From: Dimorphilus gyrociliatus
Lineage: Eukaryota; Animalia; Annelida
Length of the DNA: 64,000 nt
Assembly: GCA_904063045.1 (NCBI GenBank)
Contig: CAJFCJ010000012.1
Location: forward strand, 682,001-746,000
Direction of reading: 5' to 3'
The notes under the pieces are model-generated. The model was given only the letters and a program-made list of their open reading frames with translations, was not told the origin of the DNA and did no database searches. The first letter of the stretch is position 1; every line of letters begins with the position of its first letter. Both the position numbers and the translations under genes were made by a program. Positions 1-11,650 of this stretch are shown piece after piece.

Positions 1-1654
1 ATTAATTAAGTTTTGAATATGGAACAACTCATTTTATCTTATTAAAATTCTCAAGATATTATTTATATGCATAAGTAGAATTGGAATGTAAATGGTTTTG
101 TTCATTGTTTCAGTATATCTTGAACAGAATTGAATAAATTTTAAGTTGAATAGAAAAGAGAAGTTTTAAAAAGTAAACTTAAATGTGAGAAAAGTGCAAA
201 CTGTTGATGAGAATATAAAAAACAAGTTTAAACTGATTGGGTAGGTAAGAGAGGAGAGAGAGAGAGAGAAAGGGAGAAAGAGAGAAAGTGGAGGAAAGTT
301 AGGGCTGAGAGAAGAAAAAGGGATAGAGTAAAAGTTAGGTTATTTTCATCGAAACTAGTAGCTCATTTAAATAGACAAACTATCATAAGCAATTAATAAA
401 TACAAGAATTCTTTTGATATAGTTTAAATGGTTAATGGATTCATTATCGGACATTAAAGAACGTTACTAAAATTATTGATAGCAACTGCAATGCATAAAC
501 TATTATTTGAAATGGTAGGCTATAGTAATTCTTAGAAAGCGTTGTCCTATTTAATTTATGTATTATTCAACGGAATGCTAAATATCATAATAAACATAAT
601 TATTACCCTATTATAGTGGGGCATAAATTAATAAAAGTGCTAAAATAATATCTTAAAATAAATAATAAGAGAATATTAAACTACACTACTTACAAGTTTA
701 AGAAAGAATGCGTTTTTGAGGTAATAAATATGCAAATTAGGCGGGAAAAAGTTTGTACTTGAAAAAGAAAATGAATAATCCTTCAGGAATTTGTTTAGGA
801 AACTCTTTACATTTCTAGTCGCGGTATGTAGTGCGCGCAAACAGTAAGCCTATACCATAGTTTGGAGAGGGCTCCAGCTTCCCAGCGTGACAAACTTTGC
901 AAACATGTGATGCGAAGACGAAACCAGGCTAAGTGCAGATTGCGATACATTCTAAAACGTCTGCTTCTACCACTCTATCGAGTACGCCGTTTTTTTCTCT
1001 CTCTTCAATCTTTTTTGAATCAAATTTCCTCCATTTTTTCGAAAGAAAAAAGACTTTCACAAAGAGGTTTGCTTTAATTTTTCTTTATTTCATACCTTAA
1101 CTTAAAAAGCGCATGCTTCAATATTCGGACAGCCAGATATAGGCCTTTTCTCCGTAGTTGTAGAGCTACCCTGCACTGCAAAATGTTTGCTTGCATTCCT
1201 TTTGTTCTAGGCCTTGTTTTTCTCTGCAAGGTTTCCCTATACAATTTAATTAGGCATTTTTATTTTTAGTTCCTGTCTGAGGAGTTTGTGTAAAGGCTAA
1301 GTTGGATGGGTCTATACTGTTAATGTGACCTAGTTTTAATATGGGCTGCCAGCTGCATTTTATCCTATTTTGAAAGTTTTTTGTTTGCATGTTTTTCTTA
1401 AAAGTTTGGAAGATATATATTTCTTTAACAAAATCATTGATTTATTATTATTCCTATTACTTTTATATTTATAAATAATGCAACCATTTTTGTTTCATCT
1501 CCGCCTAATCAATTCAAAATTTTATCATATTTCTTTTATTTTTATTTTTCAATCGTTTCAACGATTTGTTATTATTTCTTCTTCCAAAGTTACCTGGATA
1601 TCTTACGGGGTGGTGTAAGAAAAAAAAGAGAGATAGACAGTCAGGCTGTGTGTG

Positions 1655-1658
<4 letters not shown>

Positions 1659-1712
<54 letters not shown>
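1659..1712. repeat. (AG)n microsatellite, about 27 units
   Basis: Perfect AG run seen directly. It produces the spurious RERERE ORF 1566-1754. Confidence 0.95.
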
Positions 1713-1720
<8 letters not shown>

Positions 1721-2021
1721 TCAGAGAGAAGGGGAGGGTACAAGAGGAAAATAAGCAAAATAAAAAGCGAGAAAAAGAGACAAATAAATGAAAAAAGGGA
1801 TATAAGAACAAGAAAGGACTAAAGAAGAGAAAAACGTCTTGTACTGTTTAGTTCTACTCTTATATTTGCTTCCTCAAAAAACGACAAGTTTATGTTTTAG
1901 CTATTGAAAAAAAAATATGAGTGCGTTCCTTTTTTTTAAAAAAAAAAGAATGAAAATATTATGATTTTTTTAACGAATTTATTAAATTCTCCTTATCCAG
2001 GACCGCCTCGGGCTGCGTGGA

Positions 2022-5000
2022 ATGCAAAAGAAGATGGGCCCGCCCACTGAACGGGACCCACCTCCCTATCCGGGACATTTACCTCCACAAGCTTACTCTG
2101 AAAACGATTCGTCTATGGAGAATCTTTCGGCCTGTACTCGACAGGAACCGCAAGGCCAGGAAAATTCTACCGCAACTACTCCAACAGCACTGCCTGACAC
2201 CCATTTTCTTTTACCTGAAAAGTGTAAAAATTCAATATTACATAAACTGGGCGCTGTTGTGGTACGGAATGAAGACGGCCAGACTGAGATAAGAACGGCG
2301 AAACGAGGGTCAAAATTGCCTCAAGGTATTTACTACAAACCAATTTTAATCTAGTTTATGGCCCATTTTTAGAGGCTAGCGATAACACTAAAGTGAAATT
2401 TAAACATTCTTGCATTTTTTCATCCTATTCAAGGTCAGAAGATCAAGGTCAAATCAAGACCCGTTAGTGAATATGAAAATGTAAAATCCTCAACTAGTAA
2501 TGCTTCCAATATATCAAAATTACCAACAACAAAATCAAGAGGACCTAATGAGCTTTTACAATCTTTAAAAAATCCATTTCGAAAGTACATGGAAGCCGGT
2601 ACAATGAAGAACTCAGAAAACCGAAAGTCAGCAAATAGGTCAAAGTTACCACCCCCAAAAACCGTATCAAAAATTGATAAAGTTCAAAAGAAGGGTACCG
2701 GCGAAGACCAACAACAAACACAGCCCGTTGGCGGTCCCTTAAAAACCGTGAAAGCGCCTTTATTATCCAGACCAAGCGGAGTTCCGACTTCTTCGAGTAA
2801 GACGAATTACTTTTTACATAAATAAGAACATTCTTTTAAAGGATAGTATCTCTCTCATATAAACATCGCATCGTTTAGGTATAAGAATTGCGTCACATGT
2901 TCCCAATCTATTCATTCGAAAGGAGGAGGAAAAATCTTTAGCAGTTACAAACAACGCAAAGCGTCCTCTACCGCCTATTCCCTCCTGCCGAGATTCTTTA
3001 CCGAGTTCTCGCGAAAGTTCTATTTGCAAAACCGAATCTTCGCCACCTGTCTCACCAGGAATTCGTCAGGTTTATTTACAAACCATCTTTTTTTATTTTT
3101 TAAGTCAAAAAAAGTTTATTTAAAACAAGAAACTTTAGTTATATAATTACTTTTTCGATATTCTTAAGGTTATACATCAATTAACTAATGGTACTAGAAA
3201 ACCCTCCCCGCAGCCTTCGGGGACTGCTCCCGCTCTAAACAACCGAGTCGCGGCCATGCGTCAAAAATTTCAAGACGGCCGAGAGTGCTTGTCAGCCGAT
3301 AATACCAGACCTACCTCACCAAAAGGTCAAAGGTCACCGTCTCTAACGCAATCAAATCCTGATCTTATGCAAATTGATGACAAAAAGCCAATGAACGAAA
3401 TACATACGGAAAAGAAGCCGGAAGAAACGGAATGTTTGAATATCACTGCCAGAACGGCAAGAATGATTAAAATATTATCAAAAGAGAATAGAACACTTAG
3501 GGAGCAATTGCAAACAAATTGCTGTAAGGTAGCAAAATTACAGCAGTTGGAGGAAGAAATGGCAAGAATAAAGGATGAATATGATAATTTAAGCAGACAA
3601 AATAAGAAGAGAGAGCATTTAGAGAGAAGCGTCAGATTAAAATTAGAAGATCAGTTAAGAACAGTTGAAGACGAGAATTTAGATATGAGAAGTTTGTATA
3701 TTCCATATTGTAATAAAGTATATGTTGTAATATGTCCAAATTAATCCTACTTCAGAGAAATTAGAAAGGCTAATGCGGAAATTAGAAGAAAAAGAAATGT
3801 TAGATCATTCAAACGATTCAGATCTTTATCTAGAAATGAGGAAAAAAGATGCTATTATTTCACATCTTTTAGCGCAAAGTATAATTTTTTCATTTTTAAA
3901 CCCATAAATCATTAATAAATAAACGAAATAACTCGATTTGTACAGATAAAAAGTACTGTAACGAAAAAGAACGTCTACAAGTGGAGCTTGCAGCACAAAG
4001 AGTTCACTGTGGTATGGATAAGGCAACATCTTTCGACGCCAGTTACCTTGTCAATTTAAATGAGGAGCAGGAACCTCGATTCTATGTGCTGCAAGATCCA
4101 CCTCCAATATCCCCTACAGCACTGCCTGTATACCGGCTTCCACATTTCGAACCGAATAGGAAATCTCAATCCAGCTCCCCAAAATTGGGGAGAGAGAGTA
4201 AACTATCGGTAAAAAACACTAGAGGATATTCAAATTTTAATTAATATTCATAATATTGACTATCATAAATTATAATTAGTTCTTTTAAAAATATAAAAAT
4301 AAAGCCTAAAAGACAAAGGAAAAAACAACAATCAAACGCTTCATCCCAAGTCGAAATGAATCACGATGAACCTAGAGAAGAGACTTCTATATTACAAAAG
4401 ATTTTACAAGATATGAGAGATAAAGATAAAAAAATAGCCGATTTAGAAACTCGGATAAAAAATGTAAATTATGATTTGTTATTGTAGTTTTTCCGTAAAC
4501 AAAATTACTGAATAAAAACCAGAATTAATCAAATAAATAACTAAATTGGAGATTTTCTTGGAAAGTATGTTTATTATTTTACTTTTCCGAACAGAATGAA
4601 TCCGTCAGAGAGAAAGAGAAAATCCTGCAACAAATAACAGAAATACAAGCACAATGTTCCCCTCAAGGATCTCCAAAGTAAATACAATCTATTAATATTA
4701 ATATATTATATAGTAATTATGAAATATTTCAACGTAATACGATCTGTGTATTTACCCTTAAGGAGTCAAAAACGGGAAACAAACTACCCTCCACACGTTA
4801 GTCCGAATGCCTGCGCTCAGCTAGAAGAGCTTAAAACAGCCCAAGAGAAAATGGAAAATCAGTACTAATTAATTAATTAATAATTAGAAATGTTTTCTTC
4901 AATTTTTAATTATCTAATTAAATAGTTGTGTTATTTGTATTCTGATCTGTTTAATATATTATTTTCTTATTATAGAATGCAATCTCTAAAGCAACAATTG

Positions 5001-5413
5001 TTGGAAAGAGATAAAATGCTTCGTAAACTAACTAATGGAACACCATCACCTCCGCCTAGTCCACCTCAATTAGTAACGGTTGGGGTAACAATGACTTCGC
5101 CAATCCTTAATAGAGCACCAATGTTATTTAATACCGCTGTTAGTGAAGCAACAACTCTCTCAAATACGGATTTAAGGAGTGGTACGATTAAACAATACTC
5201 TTTTCTATATATTCAAAAGTTCAATTAATTATTCTCTCTTTTTTTATTTATGCAAGGTCTACAGCAGGCTACGTCTAACAGCAGCAGCGCTTGTGGTCCT
5301 TTACAAAAGGTTGCACAGGTTTGTATAGAAAGAAAGGTCTTTATTCTAATACTAATTGACAAGTGTATCTAAATATTATATTACAGGTTTTAGAAGAGAA
5401 TATTTGGCAATAA
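2022..5413 (+). CDS. AMOT: Angiomotin-like protein (multi-exon)
   Basis: The N-terminus has PPPY (PPxY) and the angiomotin motif RQEPQGQE. The coiled coil KVAKLQQLEEEMARIKDEYDNLSRQNKKREHLERSVRLKLEDQLR resembles AMOT [45 protein letters not shown]. A later segment MQSLKQQLLERDKMLRKL resembles AMOT IKTLHAQIIEKDAMIKVL. Exons join in phase through GT-AG introns and end VLEENIWQ* at 5411-5413. A splice acceptor at 2000 means an upstream exon (UTR or coding) exists. Confidence 0.85.
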
Positions 5414-6014
5414 ACTTCAAATGAAAGTATAGGCCAAGCTTTCAACCAAAAACCAAATCGTCAGCAAAAATCAATCAGAAGCTAAAAGTTTAACCGAAAT
5501 ATTGAACCAAAACGTTGCTGGAGTTAGACGAAGTCTTTTCGAATATGATACTTCTTTTTTGCCTAGTTGACAGTTTTAGTATTAGAAAACTGGGATCTCT
5601 GTACTGCAAAAATACTGCACTTTTATTTGTATAGTAAAAGATAAAAAAAATGAATGAAAAAGTTAAAAAAAAGAAAATTCACAATACAGTGAAAAGTCTT
5701 TTTTGTACAAAAAGAAAGAAATGTTTTTAACATATTTTACACTGTATTGTTTATATTTTGTATGTAATTTCATATAAAAAAAGAGGAGGAAAGAAGGAAA
5801 AAACAATTTAATTAAACAAGAAGAACAAAGTTTAATAAATATATAGAAAAATTAAAGTTTTTATCATTTTTGAATTTTTCTTATAAATGAAAAAAGAAGT
5901 GAAAAAAGAGTAATTGAATACTTGAACGTTTTCAATGAATAATATAAATTTAGCAGTCTTTTAGACAGTTCTTTTTTTCTTTTTATATTTTTGGGAAAGT
6001 AACACAAAAAATAT

Positions 6015-6028
6015 GCAGTAGATGGCGC
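6015..6028 (+). promoter_or_regulatory. CTCF-like motif GCAGTAGATGGCGC
   Basis: Close match to the CTCF core CCASYAGRKGGCRS, located 2 bp beyond the LRRN-like stop codon between two convergent genes. Confidence 0.55.
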
Positions 6029-6030
6029 CT

Positions 6031-9000
6031 TCATGTGGCTTGTATACTAGAAACAACAGAAGTGGCTGTTATAAGAGAGCTCTTTGAATTGAACCTTTCC
6101 AAGGGTATAATACTGCTTGTTATAGAACCGTCCATAGTCGTAGAATAAAGCTTCCTCCTATGCCATCGCTTTACACATACGAGAAACGTTATTACTATAA
6201 CCAATCCAAGGATTGATCCAATCATGGCTGCTAGAATACTGACAGTATCAACAGTGTATATCCCTCTACTCTGATATTCTTGAGGTTTCGTCAAGGTGAT
6301 TTTGCAATTTAATTTTTTAGTTCTTGTCTCAGTTTGTATGACTAAACAAATTTCGTATGACGTTTGAGGTTGCAGATTGTGCAGAGTATAACTATTCATA
6401 TATGGACGAATTTTAACAGTTTTGTATGGATAATTGTATTCAGAAGAAAAAGGCCTATACTGTATTCTGCAATTGGGAACAAAAATCATTATTAACTGAA
6501 GATAAATACATATAGAACAGACTTAACCTGTAATCACTGGAATATATGGTTCCGGCAGTGCCATTCCATTGTATTTTCAGGAAGTCTGTGCTTATCGCGG
6601 GTAGTAAAATTGTAGCTTCTGGACTATGCACTTTGAGAAGGGTAGATTTCGTATCTGTTCCCATAATCGATTCGGCTGAACATATTATCGGTCCAGTATC
6701 TGATGGTCTGACAGAATGAATGATTAATGTCCCTTTTCCCGTTATGTAAAAACGGCTATAATTCGATGTTCCATTAATTACTCTGCCATTCGCTAGACGC
6801 CAAACTATCGTGGGCGAAGGATCACCGATCGCTCTACAGTTGAGAATTAATTTTGTTCCTTCTTCAACCTGGAAGAAAACAGTTTTTGTTGTCAATTATT
6901 TATCTATTGAGACTTTGGTTTTTCCTTTCGTGTCATAAAAGAGATGAGAAAGGAATGATAATTATATTCGTAAAGAATTCCCTTGACCTAAATTACTATT
7001 CTTTCCAACGAAATTCCAAAAAAATCCTCTCCTGAATATATTCAATTGAGCGGACAGTTAAATTTGCATATATTTTTATTTTTTTTCTGGGACCTATCAG
7101 TAAGACTGGCGAAAATGTAAATACTCTCTAAGAGTATACATTAAACATGCAATATCTATACTACTGTTTGTTTTTAGTGTTTGTAAACAAACACACTACT
7201 ATATAGAAAGGAACGAAGAGAGAAAAATGATAAAACTAATGAAATGACAAACCTGAAGGATGTTACTGAAAAATCGTATTATTGTAGGTTTGCATTTTGC
7301 AGATATTTCCAAATTCATTTCAGTGAAACTAAAACTGTTTCTATTTTTCCAGCACCTCGGCCTTGTGCCTCTCAAATAAGTCTTGTTATCCCTTAAAGCG
7401 AGTCTTAACCATCTGTTATTGCAGTCACACAGAAGCTTATTATGTTCAACCTTCAAACGTAAAAGATTTGGCAATTCGCCTATCCTGAAAAAGCAAGAAC
7501 TATATAATAGAGTTCTAGAATTTCCTATAATATGGAGTATTCATTAGATATCTCTGTAAATCATTATTATCAAGTATCATTGATTTATGTAGTTAATTAA
7601 GCGATAGAGAATAAGGGCCTGCAAGCATTTGTATTGCAAATAATGCTGAAGGACCTAGTTGAGGAAGATGCTTATTCATCAATTCTATTCATGATCAGCA
7701 TCTTATTTTTGTAACTTTTGTAACGAGATTAATAAGATGTCGGTGCTCTTTATATAGTTCTTGCCTGGACGGTACAAAAAGTAGAGAGTTCTCCTGCAAA
7801 TTCAATTCCTGCAGATTGTTAAGTAAATGAAAAGCTTTAGGACTTATGTACTGCAAATTAAGGTTATTATGCAAATCTAGTGTCTGCAAACTATCTAGTT
7901 TGTAAAAAGCCAGATCGTCGATGAACTGCAAATTTTTACAGTAGCTGACGGAAATGCGCAGTACTTTAAAGCTGCTGAAAGATTTCTCAGATAAGTTGGT
8001 AAATAAATTATCATCTAGTGATAAAAGTTTGGACAATTGCAATCTTCGAAAAGATTTTGTTGGTACAGTTTTTAAGCCACAGTCTTGTAACATCAGATTA
8101 ATATTGTTTAATTTGTAGAAAGATGTCCATGACATTTTTATCATTTTGTTCCCCGACAAGTCGAGAATAGCAAGTTTTTTTAGTTTGATGAACTGACGAT
8201 CACTTAGATGCGATATATTATTATTGCTTAAGTACAAAGCCCTTTTTTAGAAAAACATAAAGTGATAATTAACCACCACTCATATAAATTTATTAAATAA
8301 ATAAGATTGGCTTTTCTTTCTTCCTACTATTCAGCGCCATCTATCCTTTATAAATAAAAAGAGATAGATAAAGAGTATATAATATAAAAAGATGGCTTTA
8401 AATAAATCATATTAAAATTAACTTGATTAGACAAAAAGGTTAGGAGATGGATAAATGGATGGGAGTAAGGAGAGAGAGAGAAGGAGAAGGAAAATCCTAG
8501 ACGAAGAATGACAGAAAAAGAAATAGAGACTGATTGACTGAGTAGTGAGAAATGAAAGAAAGAGAAAAAGACTATTTTTACATTTGATATACAAGAAAAA
8601 GCAAAGGAATATTTAAGCTATAGTGAAGAATCATCATTAGAGATATTTAAATTAAGTGATATCTATTCTGACTGTGAATGAACTGTTCTTAAACCTTTAC
8701 CTAGGTGATTCATCCTAATGAGTTTTTTTCTCATTCGACTCTAAATTTAACGTCTTAAGTGATTTTAATTAGGCAATTAAGTTAATTACAATAATTGCTA
8801 TATCAATGCCGACTAGAAATCGAAAGAGAATGAGAGAGAGAGAGATAATGGATGGATGAATGAATAAAGAATGAACAAAGGAAAAAAAATGATTAAATGA
8901 ATTGCTATTTCTTAAAAAGTTTCTTATATATAAGAATGGCGGTTAAGATTATCACTTTAGGCTTTTCAATTTAAAAATCCAAGGATTTAAGGAGGTAATG

Positions 9001-9595
9001 GAGTTATCACTCATTCGTAAAGTCCGTAAAATCGGCGTTCCCGTAAAAGCATCCTTCATCACTTCTTTAATTTGATTGTCGTTAATTTCAAATCTTTTCA
9101 AGGATGGCAGAAAACCAAGAAACGTTAAATATTCAAAGCGATTGAATGATAAATCAATCATTTCCAATTTTGATTGATTAACGCATAGGGATTCGATGAG
9201 GTTGTGAGCAGCATTAAATCTCTTTAAAGGAAAACTCTTGGCTTAGCTATAATGCATTGTTATATTTGATTTGATTTTTTTTACTTTACATTGTATCAAT
9301 GTTCTATTTTTTCCTGTTTTATTTACATATGAAATATAATAATGATGCTGTATATATATATATATATATATATACTGTATATAATATGTCAAGAGTATGC
9401 CTTTAAAGATTGCGGTAGATTGGTGACGTTTCTGATTGGCAAGCAATTTTCCAATTGCAGTACAGATTGCGGTAGATCTGGAATTCGCGAGAGACTTTTG
9501 CAGATAGCGTTCGTCGCGTTGCAGCGGCAGGAACTCGGACAATTTGCCGTTATTGTTCGAATTAGAATGCAAATGATTATTGTGTATTGCTTCAT
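6031..9595 (-). CDS. LRRN/NLRR-like receptor: signal peptide, LRRNT, LRRs, LRRCT, Ig, FN3, TM
   Basis: Exons about 9595-9401, 9236-8956, 8241-7765, 7484-7253, 6868-6528 and 6466-6031 join in frame. Features: signal peptide MKQYTIIICILIRTITA, LRRNT CPSSCRC, LRRs, LRRCT KLLCDCNNRW, Ig LNCRAIGDPSPTIVW, FN3 RPYMNSYTLHNLQPQTSYEICL (LRRN-like) and TM ILAAMIGSILGLVIVITFLVCV. The exon 1 donor is uncertain. Confidence 0.85.
8331..8346 (-). promoter_or_regulatory. CTCF-like motif (GGATAGATGGCGCTGA on minus strand)
   Basis: AGATGGCGC core in intron 2 of the LRRN-like gene. Confidence 0.4.
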
Positions 9596-11449
9596 TTGTG
9601 GATGGAGCTATTTAAATATAGTGATTATCTGAAAGAAAGCAGAAACATAAGTTAGAATATCATTTTCGATTATTCTATTTAATTCAGAAAAAATAATTGT
9701 AGTTTCTTTTATTAAAATATTAATCAATATGCTTAGCATGCAACAATAGAAAAAAGTAAACGTAATCTTATATATAGAAAAGGGGAGAAAAGTCCCTTTA
9801 ACCCGTATAAAGCTATATTTCCGTTTCCTGACTAGAAGGAGCTATATAGTATATTGATTTAGTCTACTAATGAAGTATGTAGAAAAATTTCTTCAGGTAC
9901 CTATTCCCTTTTTACTTCTATGAATGATGATAAATTCCGTTTTTTTAAATAATTTAAGGATATTTTTTATCTAGTTTACTGACAATTCCCACAGATTATC
10001 TGACCTTCTTAGAAAGTATGCAAAGCAAAGAATCATATCATCAAGAATCAATTGAAAAAAGTCATCTCTAATGTGCGATTTTTAGCTGACGTGGTCATAG
10101 AAAAAGGCTGATAGGCCCTTTTTTATCCTTTTTAAGGAATTTCCTTTGGAAAAAAAATTTCTTTTATACAATATAGCCAAAGAAGAAGGGAAGTATTTAG
10201 GGCATTTATTTTGAGAGTTAAAAAGGACGAATAGATATTAACAGACTGAAAAAAGAGAGAGAGAAAAAAGTATGTAAGTAAAGTGAGATAGGAAAGGAAA
10301 GAAGGGTAAAAGCGTTACTTTTTTATGCTTACTAAACCTTAAATTTTTTCTATCGATTTTAAAAAAAAATGATGAAAAGGAAATTCAGAGAAGGTTGTAT
10401 GTCTTTTTTCTAAAATATTCGTTTTACAAGTAATTCTGTTATTAAATTAGGCTTAATTGAAAACTATTACAAGCCACTTTCACAAAGTACGTCTTTTGCA
10501 TTTGAAGCAGGCTTTAGAATCATTTATAGTAAATTGATCATTAACACTAAAGCCCAAGCGCCTTATGTCTTCATCAAGAAGATTTCGATTTTTGACTTTA
10601 GTGCCATTTTGAGACTGTTTGATGAATAATTTGTTGGAAATTGCCTCTCACAAATCACTATATAATGCAAAAATTCCCGTAAAATAATCAAAACACATAC
10701 TCTTTTTGTTCTTTTGGTCGTTGAATAATTTTTTCTAAATATAAAGATAAAAGGCGAATATTCTAGAATATTTTCTCATTCAGCAGTAATATCAATTTCC
10801 TAGAAATTGTTTTGTTTTCGTTGATATGACCTCTTAAAAATTCATATAATTGTTTTCAAAGGCGTGCCGAAATGATCATTAGAGCGCTAAAGCTAACTTT
10901 TCATCATGTTCTCAAGGGTTTTATCTCTTTTCTTTCCTCTATTTCTCTTCAACTTTGAAAAAAGTCCGTTTCAAACAGTTGATCAAAGAACTTTTGTTAA
11001 TTACTTTTATTTTTCGTACTACTATGAAATAGTCAACATACCGCCACTGAAACTTTTCTCTTTCCATTATCCTTCTAACTGTTTAGCATTTATTTATACA
11101 AGTCTCGAGAATTTTTTATTCATAAATAAGACATGTGATAAAGATCTTCCTTTCTTCTTTCTCTTCAGCTATCTTATATAAGAATTTATGCTTTTGGGAG
11201 CAAAAGCGTATGAAATATTATATGAATGTTCTTTTTTCATCTTTTCTATCAGTATAGTCTCTCGAACTTTTTGATAACTTGAATAGGAGAGAGAGCAAAA
11301 ATGATTCGCTCCTTCTCCCTCTATCGCTCTCTTTCTCTTATCGCTTTTAAGTGGGTTTTAATGAAATAATTCAAACCTAATTAATAAGTTAACAAAGATC
11401 GATGAAAACTAATAAATTCGTAAAATCTGGGTCAAACCCATCCGTCAAA

Positions 11450-11650
11450 GGCGTCGTAGCTTAATGAATGATAAACGACCGTTCTATCGCTGTGGCACAA
11501 ACGTTTTATTTCGCCTTATTACGTCCGCAAGACTAGGTCACGTGACCAATTGCGGTATTGCAGCTTTTCTAGTAGCTGGCGGCAAAATGTCGCGATTTTT
11601 TACGATAGAGGCGCCGCATCAAAGTGAAACTATCGCCTCGGGAGGCCTCT
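11450..11650. promoter_or_regulatory. GC/CpG-enriched promoter-like island with palindromic E-box GTCACGTGAC followed by CCAAT
   Basis: GTCACGTGACCAAT near 11538-11551 and locally high CpG in an AT-rich background. Confidence 0.45.

Noticed and set aside
10755-10775. Heat-shock element GAAtaTTCtaGAA
   Set aside because: There is no adjacent gene start, and such AT-rich palindromes recur by chance (e.g. 7513, 23279).
10480-11280. Coding-like minus-strand fragments (e.g. EAISNKLFIKQ...ACFKCKRRTL)
   Set aside because: Every frame has stops that available splice sites do not remove, and I recognise no domain. It cannot be supported as a gene or pseudogene without a homology search.
11505-11525. 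TTTCGCCTTATTAC resembling U5 snRNA loop I
   Set aside because: It mismatches the invariant GCCTTTTAC and has no flanking U5 stem.
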